A stretch of 64,000 nt of DNA from a virus (Duplodnaviria; Caudoviricetes), in the IMG/VR virus record IMGVR_UViG_3300027971_004105, one strand, 5' to 3'. A model generated the notes under the pieces. The model searched no databases and was not told the DNA's origin. It saw nothing but the letters and a program-made list of their open reading frames with translations. Positions 56,589 through 64,000 of the stretch are shown here, one piece after another. Numbering within the stretch: the stretch's first letter is position 1; every line of letters starts with the position of its first letter. Made by a program: the position numbers and the translations under genes.

Positions 56589-56790
56589 AAATCCAATTAA
56601 ACAAACTGATCATGTCAAAAGAGAAAACATTACGCAGGTGGTAGAAAAAGTCTTCACTAGAGAAGTAAAGTGTTTTGGTGATGATGAGTGGGGAGGACAC
56701 CCCACAGTGTTCTATAACATAGATGAAACCAATGAAGTGTTTTGTGGTTACTGCGACAAAAAGTTTATATATGTGGGCGAAGATGCGTAA
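56578..56790 (+). CDS. zf-CHCC zinc-finger protein (NDUFS6/NUMM-like)
   Basis: C-x8-HP.V-x9-CGYC (CFGDDEWGGHPTVFYNIDETNEVFCGYC). Confidence 0.8.
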   Translation: MKYKNPIKQTDHVKRENITQVVEKVFTREVKCFGDDEWGGHPTVFYNIDETNEVFCGYCDKKFIYVGEDA

Positions 56791-57055
56791 ACTGATAGAT
56801 GGAACTGAAGCAGCTGAGTTGGAACAATCAATAGTTTTAGAAATTAAAACCAAATGCCCCAACAAATATCTGTTAATAGATTTAGAAACCAACGAAACCT
56901 ATCAAGGTACCAGCAATAACAAATCTGGCGAGCATTGGTCCAAAATAGAGAATTCTTTCATAAATGAATTTAAAAAATTAAATCCAACCCCTGCCGCAAC
57001 AGCAGTTAATGTTCAAGAAATTTTGGATGCTGTGGATGAATTGTTAAAACTTTAA
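56783..57055 (+). CDS. Hypothetical protein
   Basis: Start revised to MRKLI, overlapping the previous stop. Confidence 0.6.
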   Translation: MRKLIDGTEAAELEQSIVLEIKTKCPNKYLLIDLETNETYQGTSNNKSGEHWSKIENSFINEFKKLNPTPAATAVNVQEILDAVDELLKL

Positions 57056-57423
57056 TTTTTGGGTCTTCTTACCAATTGAACTGATTTACGTTTGGTTCTT
57101 TTCACTGCTAAATTGTAAAGATTTACTGTGGGACCAATCACTATTCGTACATCTTTGGTATTCATTATCATTAGAATATTTTTAAAGAATTCAATTTCTT
57201 TGCGTAAAAATATGCCTATGGGAATCATTCTGTTGCTCTCCCACCACCAAGATTCACACAGTTCGATGAATTCTTTCTTCTCTTCTTCGGTGTGTATTTG
57301 AGTGTACACGTACATGCTGGTGATATTGTGGTCTTGATTGTTGATTACACCCACATATTCTTTTTCGCCGTAATTAACGACACTGATGAATGGGAAGTTT
57401 TCTTCTATATTTTTACGCAACAT
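57052..57423 (-). CDS. Hypothetical protein
   Basis: Clean ORF with WWWESNRMIPI motif; convergent 4 nt overlap with the upstream plus-strand gene. Confidence 0.7.
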   Translation of the reverse strand: MLRKNIEENFPFISVVNYGEKEYVGVINNQDHNITSMYVYTQIHTEEEKKEFIELCESWWWESNRMIPIGIFLRKEIEFFKNILMIMNTKDVRIVIGPTVNLYNLAVKRTKRKSVQLVRRPKN

Positions 57424-57428
57424 TTTTC

Positions 57429-57436
57429 TATAAATA
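57429..57436 (+). promoter_or_regulatory. T4-type late promoter TATAAATA
   Basis: Exact consensus upstream of ATG 57462. Confidence 0.7.
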
Positions 57437-57461
57437 CACTATAAATTACAACTATACAACT

Positions 57462-58259
57462 ATGCAACTAATTTACCGATATTTAGTAAATAACAAAGTA
57501 CTTCTGACAGCGGATCTGGCAGGAGAAATAACGGAGTATAAATCAGTGTATCAAAGAAACATTAAAATTTACAGAGGAATAGACAACTTAATCACCTTTC
57601 AGATCAACAATGCTGATCAGAAACCCATTTCTATTGACACAGAATACACTCCCACTTTCTACATGTATGATGAAAACAATACATTAGTGGTTACTAAGCA
57701 AGGCACCATCATTGAAACTCAGGACAGTTCAGTGTACACCAACAAAGGGCAGTTCACAGTGACCATTTCTGAGAATGATCTGTTGGATTTAAAAGCTCAG
57801 TATCTCAGCTACACAGTGTGGATGACCAACAACACAGATCAATCAAAATCATTAACTTATGCCAATTCTCACTTTGAAAACAAAGGCATCATATATTTGG
57901 ATCACACAGCATTTCCAGGACCAATGAATTCTTATTCAGTGACCACATTTGCTGAAACAGGTATTGGCACAGATATTTTTATTTCAGAAACCATCAGTGG
58001 TCAGCCATCCATCAATGGTAACTCTGCACTGCACACAGCAGCCATTTATAACACAGATGCCACTGCCACAGTGACCATTCAAGGCACTTTGGACAATCAA
58101 GTATCCAACAGCACCAGTTGGGCAGATATCACTGCTATCAGTCTCACTGATTCTGACACAATCAAATATGCCAATTTCAATGGTGTGTTCAATCATATCA
58201 GATTCAAATACCAATTGACCAATTCTGGTTCCCTAAACAAAATATTAGTGCGTAACTAA
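57462..58259 (+). CDS. Putative virion structural protein (Ig/BppU-like beta-sandwich)
   Basis: Thr/Asn-rich beta-strand pattern (DN.I.FQI.NADQKPI, G.F.VTI...DL..L); late promoter; start revised to MQLIY. Confidence 0.55.
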   Translation: MQLIYRYLVNNKVLLTADLAGEITEYKSVYQRNIKIYRGIDNLITFQINNADQKPISIDTEYTPTFYMYDENNTLVVTKQGTIIETQDSSVYTNKGQFTVTISENDLLDLKAQYLSYTVWMTNNTDQSKSLTYANSHFENKGIIYLDHTAFPGPMNSYSVTTFAETGIGTDIFISETISGQPSINGNSALHTAAIYNTDATATVTIQGTLDNQVSNSTSWADITAISLTDSDTIKYANFNGVFNHIRFKYQLTNSGSLNKILVRN

Positions 58260-58288
58260 TTGACTTTTACCAATCCATAAGTTATAAT
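58260..58288 (+). promoter_or_regulatory. Sigma70-type promoter TTGACT-N17-TATAAT
   Basis: Near-perfect consensus; primase ATG 6 nt after the -10 box. Confidence 0.8.
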
Positions 58289-58294
58289 AGCACA

Positions 58295-59299
58295 ATGAGT
58301 ATTGTGTTCGATACAGTTGTTCAATATCTTCCCAGCAAGAGGAAACAGACTCCCAGTGGATGGTTGAGTTTCAATGCGCCTTGTTGCCACCATAATGGCA
58401 CCACTGCTGACTCAAGGAGCAGAGCAGGGTTGATTCAAAATGCTGATCAGGGATTGAGCTATCACTGTTTCAATTGTGGTTACAAAGCCAGTTGGGTATC
58501 AGGAAGAAATTTAACTTTCAAATTAAAACGTCTCATGCAGTGGTTGAACGTGCCCGATGATGTGATTACAAAATTGGCATTGAACGTGCTGCAACAAACA
58601 GATGAAAAAAGTATTCACAGAAATCTTGCTCAATTTCCTAAATTTAAAACAGTAGAACTACCGAAACAAGCCAAAACAATTTATGAATGGCACAAAGAAT
58701 TTTTGCAACAAAACAAAGAACCCAATTCAAATTACATCAAAGTCTTAGAATACATCAACAGTAGAAATCTAAACATCAATGATTATGATTTTTATTGGTC
58801 GCCAGAAATGGGTTACAGAGATCGAATGATTGTGCCTTTTTATTATCAAGATAAGATCGTGGGTTGGACTGCTAGAAAGATTGTGGATGACAAAGTAAAA
58901 TATCTATCTGAACAGCAACCAGGATATGTGTTCAATCTGGATGCACAGGATGATGATAGATTATTTGTGATAGCAGTGGAAGGTCCTATTGATGCAATAT
59001 TGTTGGATGGTGTGGCGTTCTTGGGCAGCGAAGTAAAACAACAACAGAGCATGTTGATTAAGAGTTTAAACAAAAAAATTATTGTGGTTCCAGATAGAGA
59101 TTCAGCAGGTGAAAAGTTAATACATGATGCTATGGAATTTGGTTGGAGTGTGAGCATGCCTGAATGGGATCACGATGTGAAGGATATCAATGATGCTGTT
59201 ATTAAATATGGTAGACTGCACACTTTGTATTCAATAGTGAAGCATGCTGAAAATCAGCAATTAAAAATAAAACTGAGGATGAAAAAATGGCTGTCATAA
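58295..59299 (+). CDS. gp61: DNA primase (T4 gp61-like)
   Basis: Zn-binding CC.H...HCFNC, R...PF, G..AR, TOPRIM VEGPIDA, VPDRD.AG, KDIND. Confidence 0.9.
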   Translation: MSIVFDTVVQYLPSKRKQTPSGWLSFNAPCCHHNGTTADSRSRAGLIQNADQGLSYHCFNCGYKASWVSGRNLTFKLKRLMQWLNVPDDVITKLALNVLQQTDEKSIHRNLAQFPKFKTVELPKQAKTIYEWHKEFLQQNKEPNSNYIKVLEYINSRNLNINDYDFYWSPEMGYRDRMIVPFYYQDKIVGWTARKIVDDKVKYLSEQQPGYVFNLDAQDDDRLFVIAVEGPIDAILLDGVAFLGSEVKQQQSMLIKSLNKKIIVVPDRDSAGEKLIHDAMEFGWSVSMPEWDHDVKDINDAVIKYGRLHTLYSIVKHAENQQLKIKLRMKKWLS

Positions 59300-59409
59300 A
59301 AACAGTGTTAAGATTTATATTTGCTCCTGTGATCAAATATTACCAATACAGACAATACAAAAAGAAAGTGAAAGAATTACAAAAAAGAGATCCTTTCATC
59401 TACAGATAA
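59287..59409 (+). CDS. Small basic protein (40 aa, not in the ORF track)
   Basis: MAVIKTVLRFIFAPVIKYYQYRQYKKKVKELQKRDPFIYR; fills the primase-carbamoyltransferase gap, stop 1 nt before the next ATG. Confidence 0.6.
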   Translation: MAVIKTVLRFIFAPVIKYYQYRQYKKKVKELQKRDPFIYR

Positions 59410-59410
59410 A

Positions 59411-60397
59411 ATGATAATTTGGGGGATTACTGCTAACAATCACGATGCCAGTATTGCCGTGTTTGAATATAAAATAGCAGGATTAACCAACAATAGAAAA
59501 CTTAAATTGCTTTGGGCTGGTTTAACAAAAGATTTTTCCGATGTGCCCAATGATCCTGATCTTAATAGAGGAATTGTTGAACATCTAAAAGAAAAATACG
59601 GTTCTCCAAAAGAAATAATATTTTATGAAAAACCGTTTTTAAAAAGTTTAAGACAGTTGTGGGCTGGACAAGGATTTAAATTTAGTGAAAACAATATTAA
59701 AAATTATTTAAAAAGATACGGATTAAATGTGCCTGTTAGATTTGTCAAACATCATGAAAGTCATGCTGCTTATGGATATTACACCAGCACATTAAGAAAT
59801 GCTGTGATTATTGTGTTAGACAGCATAGGAGAGTTTGAAACCATCAGTATTTGGTCTGGTTTGGGAAATAAAATTCAAAAAAGATATTCTCAATCATATC
59901 CGCACAGTGTGGGATTATTTTATAGTGCCATGACACAACGATGTGGATTCCAAGCCAATGCTGAAGAAAACAAATTAGAACAGTTGTCCAAACAAGGTGA
60001 TTGGAGAGTGTTGTACGATGTGTTTAATGAAGAACTAATCAAAGGTAAAATGCCATTTGAAACTCATATTAATCTACATCGAGGCTGTCGTTGGTGGAGA
60101 CCTGAATTGAATTCTAAAAAAGATTTGGCTAATATTGCTGCTACCACTCAAAAAATATTTGAAGAAGTTATTTTGGAACATTGCAGTTGGGCAAGAATGT
60201 TTGTTACAAGTAGAAATTTAATTTTGGTTGGTGGATGTGCTTTGAATAAAACTGCTTCTGATAAAGTCAAAAATTTATGGAATAATTTTTGGACTCCTAA
60301 AAATCCAGGTGACCCAGGATCATGTGTGGGTGCTGTTCTTGCCAAATACGAAAAACACATTGACTTTAATGAAAAATTATGGTATAATAAAGGTTAG
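59411..60397 (+). CDS. Carbamoyltransferase N-terminal (Kae1-like) domain only
   Basis: HDASIA, HHESHAA, LDSIGE, HSVGLFYS, GGCALN, GDPGSCVGA; the YrdC-like C-terminal domain is absent. Confidence 0.85.
   Translation: MIIWGITANNHDASIAVFEYKIAGLTNNRKLKLLWAGLTKDFSDVPNDPDLNRGIVEHLKEKYGSPKEIIFYEKPFLKSLRQLWAGQGFKFSENNIKNYLKRYGLNVPVRFVKHHESHAAYGYYTSTLRNAVIIVLDSIGEFETISIWSGLGNKIQKRYSQSYPHSVGLFYSAMTQRCGFQANAEENKLEQLSKQGDWRVLYDVFNEELIKGKMPFETHINLHRGCRWWRPELNSKKDLANIAATTQKIFEEVILEHCSWARMFVTSRNLILVGGCALNKTASDKVKNLWNNFWTPKNPGDPGSCVGAVLAKYEKHIDFNEKLWYNKG
60360..60388 (+). promoter_or_regulatory. Sigma70-type promoter TTGACT-N17-TATAAT inside the 3' end of the carbamoyltransferase gene
   Basis: Near-perfect consensus, 11 nt before the helicase ATG. 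Confidence 0.75.
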
Positions 60398-60399
60398 AC

Positions 60400-61848
60400 A
60401 TGTCCGATAATATTAAACAAAACACTGACTATGGTTATGATATACAAAAAGTATATCTAGAAATGATGTTGAGTGATGCACAAACATTTGTGCGTTGTCA
60501 AAACATATTTGATCATACTCTGTTTGATCGCAGACTTCAACCAGCAGCAGAATTCATTTACAATTATGTGAGCAAATACAATGCGTTGCCCACCGAAGAA
60601 ATGGTCAATTCCAGTTGCAAAACTGAATTAAAAGTTCCCAGCAATCTTAATGAACAACACTTTGATTGGTTGTTGGATGATTTTGAAACATTTATTAGAC
60701 ACAAAGGATTAGAACGTGCCATATTAAAATCAGCAGACATGTTGGAAAAAGGTGAATATGGTCCTGTGGAAGATTTGGTTAAGAAAGCAGTACAAATAGG
60801 ATTGAACAAAGACTTAGGAATTAATTATTGGGAAGACCCCAAAGGTAGATTGAAATCACTCAAAGACAACAACGGTCAGGTCAGCACTGGTTGGAAAACA
60901 TTAGACAAAAAGTTATTTGGTGGATTCAACAGAGGTGAGTTGAATATATTTGCTGGAGGATCAGGAGCAGGTAAATCTTTATTCTTAGCCAACTTAGGTT
61001 GTAATTGGGCATTGTCTGGATTGAATGTGCTGTATCTAACTTTTGAATTGGGAGAAGGATTAGTAGCAATGAGATTGGACAGTATGATGACCAATATACC
61101 TTCTAGAGAAATTTTTAAAGACTTAGATGGTGTGGAGATGAAAGTTAAGTTGTTGGGTAAAAAGTCTGGCAGTTTCCAGATCAAATACATGTCCAGTGGT
61201 AAGAATGCCAACGATATTAGAAGTTATATTAAAGAATTTGAAATTAAAAACAATAAAAAATTTGATGTGATATTGGTGGATTATTTGGATCTTATGATGC
61301 CAATCAGTAGAAAAGTTAGTCCTAGTGATTTGTTTGTTAAAGATAAATTTGTATCAGAAGAATTAAGAAATTTGTCCATGGACTTACAAACTATATTTGT
61401 AACAGCTTCTCAATTGAACAGAGGTGCTGTGGAAGAGATTGAATTTGATCATTCACACATAGCTGGTGGATTATCCAAAATACAAACAGCAGACAATGTG
61501 TTTGGTATATTCACATCCAGAGCAATGAGAGAACGTGGTAGATATCAAATACAATTGATGAAAACTAGATCATCCAGCGGTGTAGGTCAAAAGATTGATT
61601 TAGAATTTGATCTTGATTCTTTAAGAATCAGAGACTTACCAGAAGACGAAGAATACAAAGAGTTTGACAGCAGAAAATCCAAAATATTTGACAGTTTAAA
61701 AAAGTCCAGCACAGTGTCAGATGATGTTCAGTCTGATTCAATGCCAGTGGATCCCACTCAAGGTGTTAATATTGTTAAACCCAAAACAGAAACAGACTCT
61801 ACCAAACTGCGACAATTTCTAAATAATTTAGGACAAGACAAAGAATAA
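60400..61848 (+). CDS. gp41: Replicative helicase (T4 gp41/DnaB-like)
   Basis: STGW..LD....GG, GGSGAGKS Walker A, TFEL, ILVDYLDL, TASQLNR, IAGGLSK..TAD, K.R. Confidence 0.92.
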   Translation: MSDNIKQNTDYGYDIQKVYLEMMLSDAQTFVRCQNIFDHTLFDRRLQPAAEFIYNYVSKYNALPTEEMVNSSCKTELKVPSNLNEQHFDWLLDDFETFIRHKGLERAILKSADMLEKGEYGPVEDLVKKAVQIGLNKDLGINYWEDPKGRLKSLKDNNGQVSTGWKTLDKKLFGGFNRGELNIFAGGSGAGKSLFLANLGCNWALSGLNVLYLTFELGEGLVAMRLDSMMTNIPSREIFKDLDGVEMKVKLLGKKSGSFQIKYMSSGKNANDIRSYIKEFEIKNNKKFDVILVDYLDLMMPISRKVSPSDLFVKDKFVSEELRNLSMDLQTIFVTASQLNRGAVEEIEFDHSHIAGGLSKIQTADNVFGIFTSRAMRERGRYQIQLMKTRSSSGVGQKIDLEFDLDSLRIRDLPEDEEYKEFDSRKSKIFDSLKKSSTVSDDVQSDSMPVDPTQGVNIVKPKTETDSTKLRQFLNNLGQDKE

Positions 61849-61851
61849 TAC

Positions 61852-61876
61852 CTGCACGGAAATCGACTCCGTGCAG
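61852..61876. terminator. GC-rich hairpin between convergent genes (probable bidirectional terminator)
   Basis: ctgcacgga-aatcgac-tccgtgcag, perfect 9 bp stem just after the helicase stop. Confidence 0.7.
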
Positions 61877-61929
61877 ATATTGATGGCTGACTTCAGAAAG
61901 AAGTATTCAGCTCTGTTTATTTTTAGATA

Positions 61930-62043
61930 TTATTTGTTGATTACAACTTTTCTTACAATCACCCTAACACTTACTGTTTTACTAGAAATAAATTGTTTGA
62001 TTGTGTCAATCACTCCTGTGATTGTATTGATTATAGCCTTCAT
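61930..62043 (-). CDS. 37-aa peptide (not in the ORF track)
   Basis: MKAIINTITGVIDTIKQFISSKTVSVRVIVRKVVINK; GGAG SD 8 nt upstream; minus-strand TAAATA at 62097-62102. Confidence 0.55.
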   Translation of the reverse strand: MKAIINTITGVIDTIKQFISSKTVSVRVIVRKVVINK

Positions 62044-62139
62044 AGCCTATTCTCCCTTGTTTGAGTTAAGACATCATTCTATGAATGATGACTAGATATT
62101 TATTAATCAGAATGTAAATGTAAAATGCTGTTAGATTAA

Positions 62140-62682
62140 TTATAAAGTAGTATAATTGAATGTCAAAACTATTCTTCTCTCATTGGCTATTGGAGTTTGA
62201 CTACTGTGGAATTGAGTACCATCAAAACTGTGCCATGTGTTGCACACAGGTTTCACAGATTCTTGCACTGTGTATTTTTCACTTTCTTTTCTTTCATTAT
62301 AAATTAAAGTATCACCATCAGATTCTATCACATAAAATAATCCTGTTTGGTGTGGACGTCCATCATCAATGTGTGCATCATGAGTGACCAAATACGGTGT
62401 GCGTGTGATCAATCCCAAACGTATGCGATACAAATCTTTCAGTATCACTCCTTCTTTATCCAAAGCCACGCATAGAATATTAAATGCAGCATCAAAAAGA
62501 TTGCTGACAGGTCCTTGTTCATTTTTATAAATCAAGTGACTGAAACTGCCAGCATACTCGCCTTTTTCTGTGGGCAGTGCTGTGGTGGTCATATGGTACC
62601 AAACCACTCCTGGACTGGCCAGTTGTTGCTGAGCCAAATTCAATTGATTTGGTCCTAATAAATTGGTAATATGTTTAGACAT
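62140..62682 (-). CDS. 2OG-Fe(II) oxygenase superfamily protein
   Basis: HID (HxD), ...YV..SDGDT, FDG..FHSS..P, RIVL.FNY. Confidence 0.8.
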   Translation of the reverse strand: MSKHITNLLGPNQLNLAQQQLASPGVVWYHMTTTALPTEKGEYAGSFSHLIYKNEQGPVSNLFDAAFNILCVALDKEGVILKDLYRIRLGLITRTPYLVTHDAHIDDGRPHQTGLFYVIESDGDTLIYNERKESEKYTVQESVKPVCNTWHSFDGTQFHSSQTPIANERRIVLTFNYTTL

Positions 62683-62818
62683 TTTATAGTAGTTATTGCA
62701 TTGCGTTTTGATTGATTTCCTTCATGATAATGTGGTATTTGCATATTGATTGTTCTTAGTTCATGTTTGTTATCTTGACCCGTATAAAGACGTGTATATG
62801 GGAATTAAATGGTGTTTT

Positions 62819-63739
62819 TTAGGGGTATTGAATGGTGTGTGTCCACAGTTTGTCCACTACCGTTTTTACACACTGCTGCCATTCACTCACATCAGATTCA
62901 GCTTGTGCCTGCCACCAAATATCCTGATCCCACCATCCTGCTTGAATGGTTAGGTTTTGATTTTTTACTTGGGCCACTACTCCGGCTGCTGTGTCACAAT
63001 CACCGTTGATGCCAGCCAGCACTGCTCGTTCACACCACAATTCAATAGTTTCCTCTGGTAGTAAGAATGGTTGCCAAAGATCCCATGAACGTTGATCTTT
63101 GTCTCTGATTTGAACCACCACACAACCAGCACCAGCAGCAGGCAACATCAATTCGTTTGGTAATATTTCGTGAGCTCCACTCCATGTGGGATGATTCCAA
63201 TTGTTCTGTGTGTCTAATAAATTCAAACGTTGCACAGCACACTCAGCCATAATGATGGCAGAATATTCTCCATCAATTAATTTTTTTAATCTAGTACCGA
63301 TGTTGCCTCGTAGACTGACCACTTCTACATCTGGTCTCAACAATCGAAACTGAGCAGCACGTCTGGCGCTGCTGGTGCCTACGCGAGTGTAGCTGGGAAT
63401 TTCAGTGTAAGAATTATAAGCACTCAGCACACAATCTCTACGATCATCTCTTCGCCACACACAGCCCAACAGTGTGGTGCCTGGTTGCACTTGAGTAGGC
63501 ACATCTTTAGCACTGTGTATTACACAATCCACTTCACCTGCCAGCAATGCTTGTTCTAACTCTCTACAAAAAGCACCTTTGCCGCCTACTTCACTCAAGG
63601 GTCTATCAGTTACTAGATCTCCAGTGCTGACAATTTGTTTGATTGTGGTGGGTATGGATAAACCTTTCAGTGCCCACTGTGTTTGCACCATGGCCAGGTC
63701 TGACTGACGACTGCCCACAGTGTACACAGAAGTTTTCAT
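62819..63739 (-). CDS. hemC: Porphobilinogen deaminase (hydroxymethylbilane synthase)
   Basis: GSRQS.LA..Q, GGKG.F..ELE.ALL, HSAKDVP, GTSS.RR..Q, LRGN..TRL.KL, LPA.G.G, NGDC (cofactor Cys). Confidence 0.93.
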   Translation of the reverse strand: MKTSVYTVGSRQSDLAMVQTQWALKGLSIPTTIKQIVSTGDLVTDRPLSEVGGKGAFCRELEQALLAGEVDCVIHSAKDVPTQVQPGTTLLGCVWRRDDRRDCVLSAYNSYTEIPSYTRVGTSSARRAAQFRLLRPDVEVVSLRGNIGTRLKKLIDGEYSAIIMAECAVQRLNLLDTQNNWNHPTWSGAHEILPNELMLPAAGAGCVVVQIRDKDQRSWDLWQPFLLPEETIELWCERAVLAGINGDCDTAAGVVAQVKNQNLTIQAGWWDQDIWWQAQAESDVSEWQQCVKTVVDKLWTHTIQYP

Positions 63740-63745
63740 GATGGT

Positions 63746-64000
63746 TTAACGTCTACCCGACAGACCTTTTTTCTTGTGTTTCTTATCCAGTCCTAATTTT
63801 CTTTTGCGACCAACGGGTAGATCCATCCAGTAGCTCATGGGTTCACCTCGCTTGGTGAGATAGGTCACTTGTGCATCTGACACTTTGACTTTGGATTGAA
63901 ATTGTTTCACTGCTCTTTTCCAGCTGAGTGCATCAATAGAATCTTTTTTGATTGTGCCTTGTTCAAAATAATCAAATTGGTATGTTTTCATTTTTGGCAT
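63746..64000 (-). CDS. Small basic hypothetical protein, possibly 5'-partial
   Basis: ORF begins with ATG at the window edge; Lys/Arg-rich C-terminus. Confidence 0.6.
   Translation of the reverse strand: MPKMKTYQFDYFEQGTIKKDSIDALSWKRAVKQFQSKVKVSDAQVTYLTKRGEPMSYWMDLPVGRKRKLGLDKKHKKKGLSGRR

Noticed and set aside
26207-57462. Longer ORF-track starts at 26207, 37185, 38126, 44772, 48488, 50147, 52289, 56723, 57390 (and 20294)
   Set aside because: They overlap upstream genes or promoters; downstream ATGs fit stop/start coupling and domain starts better
28065-61848. Inteins or introns in terL, uvsX, uvsW, primase and helicase
   Set aside because: All have normal lengths and contiguous motifs
96-63242. 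Numerous 60-135 aa ORFs overlapping longer genes in other frames or antisense (e.g. 96-395, 5782-6093, 12476-12856, 25015-25518, 32021-32398, 50552-50959, 56503-56892)
   Set aside because: They are shadows of motif-bearing genes, with no start signals and low-complexity antisense-type composition
1-64000. CRISPR array, tRNA or rRNA genes
   Set aside because: No regularly spaced nucleotide repeats or cloverleaf/T-loop signatures were seen in the short intergenic gaps; tRNAscan-SE would be needed to exclude tRNAs formally
1-64000. Stop-codon reassignment
   Set aside because: Core genes translate full length in the standard code, and TAA, TAG and TGA all serve as stops

Overview
This is a 64 kb, AT-rich, gene-dense segment of a large T4-like (myovirus-type) dsDNA bacteriophage genome read in the standard genetic code. 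It holds tail and neck morphogenesis genes (a 2146-aa tail-fibre-like protein, gp13/14/15-like neck genes, an oversized gp18 sheath, gp19 tube), packaging genes (gp4-like, TerS, TerL) and replication/recombination genes (gp32 SSB, UvsX, UvsY, UvsW, gp62-like clamp-loader subunit, primase, gp41-like helicase, dNMP kinase). About a third of the window is glycan biochemistry. The first block is an ADP-heptose module (HldE, HldD, cupin, Nudix) plus two GT9-like glycosyltransferases flanking a full-length NodU/CmcH carbamoyltransferase, all wrapped around the tail-fibre genes. The second is a ~16 kb island (35.3-51.0 kb) of about 21 glycosyltransferase, methyltransferase and nucleotide-sugar genes, including a WbpA/B/E/D-like amino-uronic-acid route. 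I recognised no flippase, polymerase or other membrane component. Several of these operons sit behind the same TAAATA-type late motif as the virion genes, so my leading hypothesis is a phage-encoded virion glycosylation system. Other oddities are a 188-aa mini-DnaE retaining the catalytic aspartates, a half carbamoyltransferase between primase and helicase, a possibly dead Hint-fold protein after uvsW, respiration-related genes (hemC, zf-CHCC), and promoter motifs 4-8 nt upstream of ATG, suggesting leaderless mRNAs. All protein assignments are from motifs read by eye; no database search was run.
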